Shown one piece after another: positions 22,283 to 34,846 of a stretch of 64,000 nucleotides of DNA. A program made the position numbers and the translations under genes. The notes beneath the pieces were generated by a model. That model was not told the DNA's origin. It searched no databases and was given only the letters and a program-made list of their open reading frames with translations. Location: NCBI GenBank assembly GCA_963843575.1, contig CAWJKZ010000024.1, forward strand, positions 64,001-128,000, written 5' to 3'. The DNA comes from an uncultured Acidobacteriota bacterium. GTDB lineage: Bacteria; Acidobacteriota; UBA6911. The stretch's first letter is position 1, and every line of letters begins with the position of its first letter.

Positions 22283-22864
22283 ATGAAACCTCGAACCGAA
22301 TCACGCGTGCTACTTGTCCTGTTTGCAGCGGTCTCGCTGTGCCTTTGCCCTGAGGCGGCCTTCTGTGCCACCGGGGCAGACCGGTGGGGGCCTTGGTTGA
22401 CCATCGGCCGGTTTTTCAACCTGGCCCTGGTCGTCGGCGTCCTCGTCTGGGTGGCGCGCAAACCCCTTGCGGCCTTCTACGCCAGCCGGAGCGCCACCAT
22501 CCGCGAGCAGCTCGCCGAGGCGCAGAAGGCGCGGATCGAGGCCGAGACCAAGCTCGCCGAGGTCGAGTCGCGCATGAGCAGGCTCGACGACGAGCTGCGC
22601 GCCATGAAGGAGGCGGCCGAGAAGGAGGGGCAGGAGGAGTTCGAGAGGCTGGCCGCCGCGGCCGAGCGCGACGCTCAGAAGGTGATCGACCGCGCCCGGC
22701 AGGAAATCGAAGGGATGACCCGGGCGGCCGAGATCGAGCTCAAGACGCACGCCGCGGAACTCGCCGTGCAGCTGGCCGAAGAGCGGATCCGCCAGGAGAT
22801 CGGCCCGGAGGACCGCCGGCGGCTGTTTGCGCGCTTCGTCACCAAGATCGGGGGGCCAGCATGA
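22283..22864 (+). CDS. atpF: ATP synthase F0 subunit b
   Basis: TM segment RFFNLALVVG..ARKPL plus coiled coil. Confidence 0.9.
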   Translation: MKPRTESRVLLVLFAAVSLCLCPEAAFCATGADRWGPWLTIGRFFNLALVVGVLVWVARKPLAAFYASRSATIREQLAEAQKARIEAETKLAEVESRMSRLDDELRAMKEAAEKEGQEEFERLAAAAERDAQKVIDRARQEIEGMTRAAEIELKTHAAELAVQLAEERIRQEIGPEDRRRLFARFVTKIGGPA

Positions 22865-23403
22865 TCTCGTCCGCTGTCTCGTCACGCTACGCCCGCTCAC
22901 TGGCCGATGTTGCGTTTCCGTCCGGTCTCCAGGACGAGGTCGGCCGCGATCTCGTGCTGTACCGGGACATATTCCAGGCAGTCCCCGACCTGCTGCAGGC
23001 GCTGGATAGCCCGGCGATCCCGCGCGACGCCAAGGAACGCGTCCTGCGGGAACTCATGGCCCGATACCCGGTGCAGCAGGTCTCTGGCAACTTCCTCCGG
23101 GTGCTGCTCGAGCACAACCGCATTCGTTACTTCAACGAGATATACGACGCGTTCGTGCGGGTCTCGAACGAACGGAACGGGATCGTCTCGGCACAGGTCG
23201 TGGCCGCCGCGCCGCTGGAGGAGCAGGAAACGCGGCAGCTGCAGGAGTCTCTGGCCAAGGCGACCGGCCGCGAGGTGTTGCTGCACGTGCGCACCGACGC
23301 CGGACTCGTGGGCGGACTAGTCGTGCAGATCGGCAGCACCGTGTACGACGGATCGATCCGGACGCAACTGAACGAAGTGAAACGACGGCTGGCCGAACGA
23401 TAG
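22861..23403 (+). CDS. atpH: ATP synthase F1 subunit delta
   Basis: RYARSL...LVGGLVVQIGSTVYDGS. Confidence 0.95.
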   Translation: MISSAVSSRYARSLADVAFPSGLQDEVGRDLVLYRDIFQAVPDLLQALDSPAIPRDAKERVLRELMARYPVQQVSGNFLRVLLEHNRIRYFNEIYDAFVRVSNERNGIVSAQVVAAAPLEEQETRQLQESLAKATGREVLLHVRTDAGLVGGLVVQIGSTVYDGSIRTQLNEVKRRLAER

Positions 23404-24987
<1,584 letters not shown>

Positions 24988-24997
24988 GCGGGGCGGC

Positions 24998-25858
24998 ATG
25001 GCAAACGTCCGAGACATACGGCGGCGCATCAGGAGCGCCCGCAACATCCAGCAGATCACGCGCGCGATGAAGTTCGTCTCCGCGGCGCGCCTGCGCAAGG
25101 CTCAGGACCGAGTCGTCGCCGCGCGCCCGTACGCGCGGCAGATGGTCGCCGTCCTGAACAGCCTGGCGACGCGCGTTCCCGAGCGGAGCCACCCCCTGCT
25201 CGCGCTGCGGGCGGACGAAAAGATCGAGCTGCTGGTCATCACGGCCGACAAGGGGCTGTGCGGCGCCTACAACACCAACATCCTGCGCCAAGCCGTCGAG
25301 TTCCTGACCACCCACTCGGACCGGCGGGTCGAGCTCAACGTGATCGGCCGGCGCGGCCGCGACTTCTTCCGGCGGCGCCCCTACACCGTCCGCCACGAGG
25401 CGGTGAACGTCCTGCAGAAGCCGACGTACGCCGACGCGGCGGCGATCGCCGCGGACATCATCGGCGAGTTCTCCAGCGGGGCGCAGGACCAGGTCTGGCT
25501 GGTGTACAACGAGTTCAAGTCGGTGGTGCATCAACGGGTCGTCGTCGAACCCCTCCTCCCCATCCAGCGGCTGGAACACACCGACGACACCGCGCGGCTC
25601 GAGTACCTCTACGATGAGCCCCCTGCCCGGATTTTCGACGACCTGCTGCCGAGGCACGTGGAGGCGCAGATCTACCGCGCGATGCTGGAAGCGGCCGCAT
25701 CGGAACAGGGCGCGCGCATGACGGCCATGGATGCCGCGACGAAGAACGCCACGGAAATGATCGACAACCTGACGCTCTACGCCAACAAGGTGCGCCAGGC
25801 GGGAATCACCAAGGAATTGATAGAGGTGGTCAGCGGAGCCGCCTCGACGGGGACATAG
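24998..25858 (+). CDS. atpG: ATP synthase F1 subunit gamma
   Basis: ITRAMKFV, DKGLCG, ARMTAM, RQAGITKE. Confidence 0.98.
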   Translation: MANVRDIRRRIRSARNIQQITRAMKFVSAARLRKAQDRVVAARPYARQMVAVLNSLATRVPERSHPLLALRADEKIELLVITADKGLCGAYNTNILRQAVEFLTTHSDRRVELNVIGRRGRDFFRRRPYTVRHEAVNVLQKPTYADAAAIAADIIGEFSSGAQDQVWLVYNEFKSVVHQRVVVEPLLPIQRLEHTDDTARLEYLYDEPPARIFDDLLPRHVEAQIYRAMLEAAASEQGARMTAMDAATKNATEMIDNLTLYANKVRQAGITKELIEVVSGAASTGT

Positions 25859-25888
25859 GCTCCGAAGTCGTCCTCTCCGTCTGCCTGA

Positions 25889-27313
<1,425 letters not shown>

Positions 27314-27340
27314 GCCGAGCTGCAGCGAGAGTAGACCGAT

Positions 27341-27769
27341 ATGGCGTTGCCGGAGAAAATCCACCTCGAGATTGTCACGCCCGAGCGGCAGCTGTTCAGC
27401 GGGGCCGTCGATCAGGTCACCGTCCCCTCCAGCCAGGGTTACCTCGGCATCCTTCCGGGGCATGCCCCTCTGCTGGCGGAACTCGGGATCGGCGAAATCA
27501 GCTACAAGATCGGGGAACGCACTGAGCATCTTTTCTGCTCGTGGGGTTTTCTGGAGGTCCTGCCCGACCGCGTCGTGGTGCTGGCGAAAACCGCGGAGGC
27601 AGCGTCGGACATCGACGTGAACCGCGCGGAGCAGGCCAAGACGCGGGCTGAGAAGCGGCTTTCTTCGAAGGACCCGAACCTCGATTTCGCTCGCGTCCAA
27701 CTGGCCCTGCTGCGCGCGATCTCCCGGATCAACGCGGCGCAACGCTATCAGACGAGAATGCGCGTCTGA
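27341..27769 (+). CDS. atpC: ATP synthase F1 subunit epsilon
   Basis: LEIVTPE, GILPGHAPL. Confidence 0.97.
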   Translation: MALPEKIHLEIVTPERQLFSGAVDQVTVPSSQGYLGILPGHAPLLAELGIGEISYKIGERTEHLFCSWGFLEVLPDRVVVLAKTAEAASDIDVNRAEQAKTRAEKRLSSKDPNLDFARVQLALLRAISRINAAQRYQTRMRV

Positions 27770-27797
27770 AGTCCGGAACAACCCGGCTGCAAAAAAG

Positions 27798-27826
27798 AAA
27801 GGGGGCCGGATCCCGGCCCCCTTTTT
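27798..27826. terminator. Bidirectional Rho-independent terminator between atpC and the TPR gene
   Basis: A-run, GGGGGCCGG-ATC-CCGGCCCCC hairpin, T-run. Confidence 0.85.
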
Positions 27827-27847
27827 CGTTCCCCGCTTCGAACCCGT

Positions 27848-28903
27848 TCAGTTCGCCGCGCTGCGCTCCACGCCCAACTCGGCTTCCGAGCGGCGATAGA
27901 CCTTCTCGATCCCGATTGTGGTGTTGTTGTGCAGGCCCTTGTACAACTTCTCCATGTGCTCCTTGGCCTGCGACTGGGTCTCACCCTTGAGGATGCTCGC
28001 CTTGCAGAACGACTCGATCGCTTCCTCGACCTTGTTCAGCTTCCACTGGGACAGCCCGGTGTAGTAGTAGGCAGGACCGAAGCGCTTGTCGACCGCGAGG
28101 GCTGCCTCGAGCGCAGTGATGGCTTGAGGATACCTGTCCTTGTCGTATGCGTTCACACCGATGATGTAGTGGGCCGACCGCCTGGTGTCCTTCACGTACT
28201 TCTGCCATTCGGCCTCTGAAGTGGCGTCGGGTTTCTTGGCCTGCTCGAGGGCTTTGAGCGCCAGCTGGGCATATTCGGCGGCCTTGGCGAAATTCTTCTC
28301 CTTCATGTATTTGTCGACGAAGATCATGCGGATCGAAAAGTCATCGGGGAAATAGGGGAAGGATTTCTCCGTCCATTCCATGTACTTCGGTTCGTTGCCT
28401 AGCTTCTTGTAGCTCTGGGCGAGGAAGTAAGCGTATTCCTTGGTGGGCTTTGCGGCGAATACCTTCAGGCCGTAATCCACGAACTTCTGATGCTGATCCG
28501 TGTTGTAGGCGGAGGCTGCCACATAATCGATGGCCTGCAGGTCGTCGGGGTGCGTCTTGAGCCACATTTCGGCAAGGGGTCCCAGCTTCGCCCAGTTCTG
28601 CGTCTTGTTGAACTCGTACATCAGGCTCTGATAGCCGCGGTCGATGTAGGGCATCAGCTTCGAATTCGGGTATTTTTCCGCGAAGGCCGCGAGCGCCTGA
28701 ACCTTCTTGTCGAGGTCGGTCTCCTTGTCCGCTTTGTCGTAGAGATCGTATTCCTCTTCCGTGTACTCTTGCACCTCTTCGGCCGGCGCGTTTTGTGCCG
28801 CGGGCTTCTGCTTCGGCTGGGCTGGAGCCTGGCCATAGCCAGGGGCACACAGGAATGCACCCGCCAGAAGTGCCACGAATAGTTTCAGACAATTACTGCG
28901 CAT
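27848..28903 (-). CDS. Secreted tetratricopeptide-repeat protein
   Basis: Signal peptide, helical repeats with TPR pattern (AYYYTGLSQWKLNKVEEAI). Confidence 0.75.
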   Translation of the reverse strand: MRSNCLKLFVALLAGAFLCAPGYGQAPAQPKQKPAAQNAPAEEVQEYTEEEYDLYDKADKETDLDKKVQALAAFAEKYPNSKLMPYIDRGYQSLMYEFNKTQNWAKLGPLAEMWLKTHPDDLQAIDYVAASAYNTDQHQKFVDYGLKVFAAKPTKEYAYFLAQSYKKLGNEPKYMEWTEKSFPYFPDDFSIRMIFVDKYMKEKNFAKAAEYAQLALKALEQAKKPDATSEAEWQKYVKDTRRSAHYIIGVNAYDKDRYPQAITALEAALAVDKRFGPAYYYTGLSQWKLNKVEEAIESFCKASILKGETQSQAKEHMEKLYKGLHNNTTIGIEKVYRRSEAELGVERSAAN

Positions 28904-29178
28904 GGCTGATTACCCCCTTCGTACTCTGCAATCCGGCGCATTGTAAAAGATTGACAAAGCTCAAACAACATAAATTCTCGTGCCGCTCCTGATACGGCTC
29001 CGCACCGCTTCCAAGGTCTGCATCCGGGGAGGCGCGGGCTTTGTGTCCGGGATCGGGCTCGTTCGTTTGTGTAGATGCGCACACGGCCCAGGAAGTTGCA
29101 GCCTCCCGAATGGTTTGACGCCGTCTCCGCGAGGAAAGTTCCACGCGTCCGAGCACACGCAGAGGCGGACGTTTGACC

Positions 29179-29207
29179 TTGAAATCGACGGGGCGATTCT
29201 CTAACAT
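29179..29207 (+). promoter_or_regulatory. sigma70-like promoter of tRNA-Gln
   Basis: TTGAAA-N17-TAACAT about 19 nt before the tRNA. Confidence 0.5.
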
Positions 29208-29225
29208 ATGGACCGCTCAGAGCGC

Positions 29226-29299
29226 TGGGAGATCGTCTAACGGTAGGACGGGTGGCTCTGGACCACTTAATCGGGGTTCGAATCCCTGTCTCCCAGCCA
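29226..29299 (+). tRNA. tRNA-Gln (anticodon CTG)
   Basis: TGGGAGA/TCTCCCA acceptor stem, GTGG-CTCTGGA-CCAC anticodon arm, GGTTCGAATCC T-arm, encoded CCA. Confidence 0.95.
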
Positions 29300-29618
29300 C
29301 AATCGTCTCTTCCTCTTGCCTTGCAGCCACTTACAAAAACGAAACAGTTATTGGTGTCGTGTCGGCCCTCACGAAGGACCAGAATCAATGCCCGGCGTAC
29401 CTGCGTCCAGCGTGTCTGCATCGCCGGAAGACTACTTTCGTACCAGAGGACGGTTTTCCAGCTACCCCGCTATCTGACAAACCCGGTGGGATCATCCGAT
29501 GCCTATTCTAAGGCCAAGTCCCCGACAAGCCTACTTTCCAGGTCGGACCGACGCAGCGGGACTGGCCTTCGGCTCTTGCCGCAGTGCAAAGTGGTGGGAT
29601 AGAATTGTGCCAATTCCG

Positions 29619-29672
29619 ATGCCTATTTCCCCGGGCACGCTCCTCGGTCCTTACGAAATTGTCGCCCGCGGC
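29619..29672 (+). pseudogene. Remnant N-terminus of a Ser/Thr protein kinase
   Basis: MPISPGTLLGPYEIVA resembles the GTxLGPYEI start of acidobacterial Hanks kinases; no GxGGMG loop follows. Confidence 0.45.
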
Positions 29673-29890
29673 GCCCATCCTTTATGGTCGGGCCGTGGGC
29701 GGCTCGAACGCTGCCACACGGGTTCAACTGCAGGAGCCGCGGCGGGCTGGAAATCGGATATACTAACCGGTTTAATTCTAGGTGTGACTGAAACGTTCAA
29801 CCGGCGGCCGTATCCTGAGTGAGTTTCATTCTGACCTGTCCCGCCAACATTGCCGCCGGGCGAGACGGGGAAGGCATCCAAGGAGATATC

Positions 29891-31178
29891 ATGCAACCCA
29901 AGATTTCATCCATTCGTGCACTGGAGATACTCGATTCCCGCGGCAACCCGACCGTTCGGGTGTTTGTCAGCCTGGACAACGGCGTCTGCGCGAGTGCCTC
30001 GGTGCCCTCCGGCGCCTCGACCGGCGAGAACGAGGCTTGTGAGCTGCGCGACGGCGACAAGAAGCGTTACGGCGGCAAGGGGACGCTGAAGGCGGTGGAA
30101 AACGTCAATCGGCTGATCGCCCCCCGGCTGGCCGGGCTCGACCCGAGGCGCCAGGTGGAGATCGACCGTACGATGATCGAACTCGACGGGACACCCACCA
30201 AGACCAAGCTGGGTGCGAACGCCATTCTCGGCGTATCGATGGCGGTCGCCAGGGCCGCCTCCCTCGCCTGCAACGTCCCGCTCTACGCAGTATCTGGGCG
30301 GGCCGGGTGCGGTCCGGATCCCCGTTCCGATGATGAACATCATCAACGGCGGCAAGCACGCGGACAACAGCGTGGACTTCCAGGAGTTCATGGTGATGCC
30401 CATCGGCGCTCCGACCTTCGCCGAGGCCTTGCGATATGCGGCCGAGGTGTTCCACACGCTGCGCGGTATCCTGAAACGCAAGGGATACGCGACCGCCGTC
30501 GGCGACGAGGGAGGCTTTGCCCCCAACCTCAAGAGCAATGACGAGGCGTGCGAGGTCATCGTGGAGGCCATCCGGGCGGCAGGATACGTGCCGGGCAAGG
30601 AGGTCGCCATTGCACTCGACCCCGCCGCGAGCTCGTTCTTCGAGGACGGCGCCTACAACTTGTCCAAGTCGGGGCAGGGCAAGAAAAACAGCGCCGAGAT
30701 GACCGAATTCTACAAGGGCTGGATCGCCAAGTACCCGATCGTTTCCATCGAAGACGGCCTCGCGGAAAACGATTGGACCGGTTTCAAGGCCCACACGGCC
30801 GCCCTGGGGAACGCGATCCAGATCGTGGGCGACGACCTCTATGTGACCAACACAAAGTTCATCGCGCGCGGCATCGCCGAGAATTCCACCAACGCGGTCC
30901 TGATCAAGCTGAACCAGATCGGGTCGGTGACCGAGACCATCGAATCGATCCAGATGTGCCGCCGGGCGGGTTGGGGATTCGTCATCTCGCACCGCTCCGG
31001 GGAAACCGAGGACGCCTTTATGGCGGATTTCGCGGTTGCGATGGGCGGCGGCCAGATCAAGAGCGGTTCCGCCTGCCGCAGCGAGCGCATCGCAAAGTAC
31101 AACCGGTTGCTGGAAATCGAGTCCGAACTCGGTGTCGCGGCCGTCTTCAGCAATCCCGTGAAAGCGTCGGTCCGGTAG
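29891..31178 (+). CDS. eno: Enolase (one indel near 30290)
   Basis: [46 protein letters not shown]. Confidence 0.96.
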
Positions 31179-31180
31179 AA

Positions 31181-31251
31181 CCTTCGAGATTCTTCGAGTC
31201 CTCGAGGTGGATCTGGAAATTTTTTCCTCGAAGACTCGAAGAGCCTCGAAA
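31181..31251. repeat. Palindromic repeat family C (CTTCGAG/CTCGAAG units)
   Basis: Tandem TTCGAG units inverted against CTCGAA units; related copy at 54428-54512. Confidence 0.65.
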
Positions 31252-31272
31252 AATCCCGACGAGGTGAGAGGG

Positions 31273-31734
31273 CTACAGGTGATGGCTCACCGTGAGCGCG
31301 GCCGGGAGGGCGAGCTCCGACGAGCGCGCACCGGCGGTGCTGCGGCCCACCTCGGCGCGCACCCTACTCGCATACTGGGTCAGCGGCTCGAGACGTGGCC
31401 GTCGCCCTGCCCAGACCCGGTTGGGGAATCGGACATCGAACTGCAGGGGCAGGAAGAGGCGCGGTGAACCCGCTCGTGCGAAGATGGCAACTCCCTGGGT
31501 GGCCGGGTCGAGCCCGGTCGCCAGGAATACCTCCGTATAGCCGAGGGCTTCCCAAACCGCCAGCTTTGCGCGCGCGTCCAGTGGCGCCATCAGCAATCGT
31601 ACCTGCGCATTGAGATCGCTCCGGTAGCCCCGGTCGCCCTCGGCCACCATGAGATAGCAGCTCACAACCGGCGCGTCGCCCGGTGTCAGCGCCCTCAGGA
31701 CCGCCACGTGCCGTCCCAACTCCCGCAGATCCAC
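31273..31734 (-). CDS. Small protein resembling the N-terminal part of bacterial aeRF1-like (baeRF) proteins
   Basis: PVVSCYL ... GVAIFA ... LPL ... PRLEPL pattern; GGGGAGG RBS before GTG 31734. Confidence 0.5.
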   Translation of the reverse strand: MDLRELGRHVAVLRALTPGDAPVVSCYLMVAEGDRGYRSDLNAQVRLLMAPLDARAKLAVWEALGYTEVFLATGLDPATQGVAIFARAGSPRLFLPLQFDVRFPNRVWAGRRPRLEPLTQYASRVRAEVGRSTAGARSSELALPAALTVSHHL

Positions 31735-31780
31735 CGCGCCCTCCCCGGCTGCCGGCCCGCCGCCCGCAACAGAAAAGCGG

Positions 31781-32230
31781 TCATTTCCCCGCCGCAGGAC
31801 TCTCCTGCGCGGTTGCCGTGCCCGACCCGCCGTCACCATCGGCCTCGGGTTGGTACAGGATGTCCTCGACACACAACCTCCGGGTACCTCCCGGAACCGG
31901 CCACTCGATGATGTCGCCTTTGCGGTAGCCCAGCAGGGCGACCCCCAGAGGGGCCAGGATCGAAATCCTGTTGCGTGAGATATCGGCTTCTTTCGGGAAA
32001 ACCAGCGTGTAAATCTCGTCCTTGCTGCTGTCGAGATCGCGGACCCGCACCCTGGAATTCATGGTGATCACGTTCGCCGGGATCTCTTCGGACGGAACGA
32101 CCTCGGCGTTGTCGAGCTCGTCCTGCAACATCTCCAGGTGGCGCCTGTCCCGGCCCTGCACGGCCGATTCCAGGTAGCTCCGGAGTCGCGCAAGATCGCT
32201 TTCGGTGACGAGGATGAAATCCCTGTTCAT
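31781..32230 (-). CDS. rnk: Rnk / GreA-GreB C-terminal family regulator
   Basis: VTESDLARL, ITMNSRV, TLVFP, ISILAPLGVALLG, ILYQPEA. Confidence 0.92.
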   Translation of the reverse strand: MNRDFILVTESDLARLRSYLESAVQGRDRRHLEMLQDELDNAEVVPSEEIPANVITMNSRVRVRDLDSSKDEIYTLVFPKEADISRNRISILAPLGVALLGYRKGDIIEWPVPGGTRRLCVEDILYQPEADGDGGSGTATAQESPAAGK

Positions 32231-32345
32231 GCCAGACACTCCTTGTCGTTGAACGCGGCGCTCGTCGGTTGGGGCGGGAATAGCGCCGCGTTTGCATCAT
32301 TATGCGTCATGTCACTCAGCTCAAAAAGTAGAAAATTCTTTTAAG

Positions 32346-32377
32346 ATAGTTAGAAAAAATCTAACTATTCTAACTAT
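32346..32377. promoter_or_regulatory. LysR (NhaR) operator in the divergent promoter
   Basis: Perfect palindrome ATAGTTAGA-N5-TCTAACTAT containing T-N11-A, plus a second direct TCTAACTAT copy. Confidence 0.75.
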
Positions 32378-32386
32378 AATTAAAGG

Positions 32387-33289
32387 GTGGATTGGCTGAA
32401 CTATCACCACCTTTACTACTTCTGGATGACGGTGCGTTCCGGGGGAGTCTCGGCTGCCGGAGCGCAGCTGCGGCTCGCCGCCCCCACCGTGAGCGCCCAG
32501 ATACGCAGCCTCGAACGCAGCCTGGGCGAGAAACTCCTGGAGCGGCGCGGACGCAACGTCGTCCCGAGCGAGGCGGGGCGTGTGGTCTTCCGGTATGCCG
32601 ACGAGATCTTCTCGCTCGGGCGGGACCTGGTGGACGCGGTGCGGGATCCGAGCGGACGCCCCCCTCGCCTCGTAATCGGGATCGCGGATGTGCTGCCGAA
32701 GCTGATCGCGCACTGGCTGATCGAACCGGCGCTCAGACTGGGCCAGCCGGTCCGCATAGTATGCCGGGAAGATAACCCGGAACATCTGCTCGCGGCGCTC
32801 GCCCTGCAGGAGCTGGACGTCGTGCTGTCGGACGCGCCGATCGGCCCAAACATAAAGGTCCACGCCTACAATCACCTGCTGGGGGAGTGCGGGATAAGCT
32901 TCCTTGGCACGCCCGCGCTCGTCGCGTCTCGGCGCGCGGCGTTCCCGCGCTGCCTGGACGGGGCGCCGATGCTCCTTCCGACCGACAACACCGCGCTCCG
33001 GCGGAGCCTCGATCAGTGGTTTTCGGAGGGGCAGATACGGCCGGCGATTGTGGGGGAGTTCGAGGATTACGCCCTGCTCAGGGTGTTCGGCGAGACCGGT
33101 GCCGGCTTCTTCCCGGCGCCGTCGGTGCTCGAGGCGCAGCTCGCGGGCCAGTATGGCCTCAAGCAGATCGGGCAAACGGAAGAGGTCAGGGGGCGGTTTT
33201 ATGCGATCTCCGCCGAGAAGACCGTAAAGCACCCGGGGGTACGGGCCATCTGCGAAACCGCCCAGCGGAGACTCTTCAGCGGGCGCTGA
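32387..33289 (+). CDS. nhaR: NhaR-type LysR transcriptional activator
   Basis: WLNYHHLYYFW N-terminus, GIADVLPK, YNHLLGECG, GEFED. Confidence 0.9.
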   Translation: MDWLNYHHLYYFWMTVRSGGVSAAGAQLRLAAPTVSAQIRSLERSLGEKLLERRGRNVVPSEAGRVVFRYADEIFSLGRDLVDAVRDPSGRPPRLVIGIADVLPKLIAHWLIEPALRLGQPVRIVCREDNPEHLLAALALQELDVVLSDAPIGPNIKVHAYNHLLGECGISFLGTPALVASRRAAFPRCLDGAPMLLPTDNTALRRSLDQWFSEGQIRPAIVGEFEDYALLRVFGETGAGFFPAPSVLEAQLAGQYGLKQIGQTEEVRGRFYAISAEKTVKHPGVRAICETAQRRLFSGR

Positions 33290-33300
33290 CTCAAAAACCC

Positions 33301-33366
33301 GCCACGAAAATCTCGGAAGAAAACGGAAAGACACCCTGAATGAATTTCTTCCGTGTTTTCCGTGGC
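33301..33366. repeat. Intergenic imperfect palindrome of CACGGAA-type units
   Basis: GCCACGAAAA...CGGAA units versus TTCCGTGTTTTCCGTGGC. Confidence 0.5.
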
Positions 33367-33388
33367 GCGTCTTTTTGTTTTTGCCTCG

Positions 33389-34732
33389 CTAAACCTCTGC
33401 CGCAACCGGGTGCACCCAGGGTTTTCGATAGGGCCGCTGCAGCAAGCGGTTGGCCTCGTCGTCGTTTCTGACGCGGTGTGCGACGGGGTCCCACGCCAGA
33501 GTGCGGCCCGTCTGCAGCGAGAGGTTCGCGAGGATGCAGCAGGCGGCCGAGATGTAGCCTTCCTCGATGTCGGCGACAGGGCGGCTGCGCGCGTCGACGG
33601 CGCCCAGGAAATCGATCATGTGGCGGCGCACGGCAGGGGCGGTGTGACGCTCCAGGCCTTCTTCGGTCTTGTCCTCCGGGAACTGCTCCAGTTCGTAGGC
33701 CACGTCCTTGTGCAGGGAGTCTCCCTTGTCGACCGGGGTGAAGTCGTAGCTGAATACTCCCGCCTTGAGGGTCCCCCGGTCTCCATAGAACGTCGCGCCC
33801 CAGGGGTATTTCGGATCGGGCGCCTGCCCCCAGTTCCGGTGCTGCCACACGATTTTCAGGTCGTCGTAGTCGAACGTTGCCGTCTGGGTGTCGGGGATGT
33901 TCGCCGTCGCGCCCTTGTGCACCAGTATCCCGCCGGTGGAAGCGACCGCCCTGGGCCACCCCAGGCCGAGCATCCAGCGCACCATGTCGAGCATGTGGAC
34001 GCCCATATCGCCGATGGTTCCGTTGCCATATTCCATGAAACTGCGCCAGCCGCCTGGGTGGATGCGCCGGTTGAAAGGGCGCATGGGGGCGGGACCGGTC
34101 CACATCTCGTAGTCGAGTGTCTCGGGGGGATCGACGTTGGGGAAGACGCCGGGGCGGCTCGGGTAGTAGCAGTAGATTTCCACCAGCGCGATTTTGCCGA
34201 GCCGCCCTGCCTGGACGATGTTGTCCCGGGCGTCGGCCAGGTGGGGTGTGCTTCGGCGCTGCATCCCCACCTGCACGACGCGCCGGTACTTGCGGGCCGC
34301 CTCCACCATGGCGCGCCCCTCGACGACGTCGACGCTGACCGGCTTCTGCACGTACACGTCGGCACCGGCCCGCACCGCTTCGATCATCGGCAGCGCGTGC
34401 CAGTGGTCGGGCGTGTCGACGAGCACGATGTCGAGGTCCTTTTCCCGCAGCATTTCGCGGAAGTCCGAGAACACGCGGGGAGCCTTGCGTGACTTCTGAC
34501 GCGATGCGACCGCCTCGGCTGCCTGGGCCAGGAGACGCCGGTCGACGTCGCAGAGGGATACCACCTCGACCGGCGATACCTGCAGCAGGCGGAAGAGGTC
34601 GCACTTGCCATACCATCCTGTGCCGATCAGGCCGACGCGCCTGGTCTTGTCGTCGGCCGGGGGCAGGGCGCTGGACCCCGCGGTACAGGCCAAGCCCGCC
34701 GTCATCGAATACAGGAACCGTCGACGATTCAT
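33389..34732 (-). CDS. Tat-exported Gfo/Idh/MocA oxidoreductase
   Basis: MNRRRFL Tat signal, GLIGTGWYG, TPDHWH, QKP, GDMGVH. Confidence 0.92.
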   Translation of the reverse strand: MNRRRFLYSMTAGLACTAGSSALPPADDKTRRVGLIGTGWYGKCDLFRLLQVSPVEVVSLCDVDRRLLAQAAEAVASRQKSRKAPRVFSDFREMLREKDLDIVLVDTPDHWHALPMIEAVRAGADVYVQKPVSVDVVEGRAMVEAARKYRRVVQVGMQRRSTPHLADARDNIVQAGRLGKIALVEIYCYYPSRPGVFPNVDPPETLDYEMWTGPAPMRPFNRRIHPGGWRSFMEYGNGTIGDMGVHMLDMVRWMLGLGWPRAVASTGGILVHKGATANIPDTQTATFDYDDLKIVWQHRNWGQAPDPKYPWGATFYGDRGTLKAGVFSYDFTPVDKGDSLHKDVAYELEQFPEDKTEEGLERHTAPAVRRHMIDFLGAVDARSRPVADIEEGYISAACCILANLSLQTGRTLAWDPVAHRVRNDDEANRLLQRPYRKPWVHPVAAEV

Positions 34733-34846
34733 GGGTCCCCCCAGTCGCGATCTGATGTCGGCGCCATGATACCCCAAAGTGAGCGGAATTGGGCCCGACC
34801 CGTGGTAACGTACGGGGGCGAGGAGTGTCGGGTGGGAGGTTTGCGC

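Noticed and set aside
29226-29299. tRNA-Gln as the attachment site of an integrated element
   Set aside because: No integrase and no duplicate of the tRNA 3' end was seen in the window.
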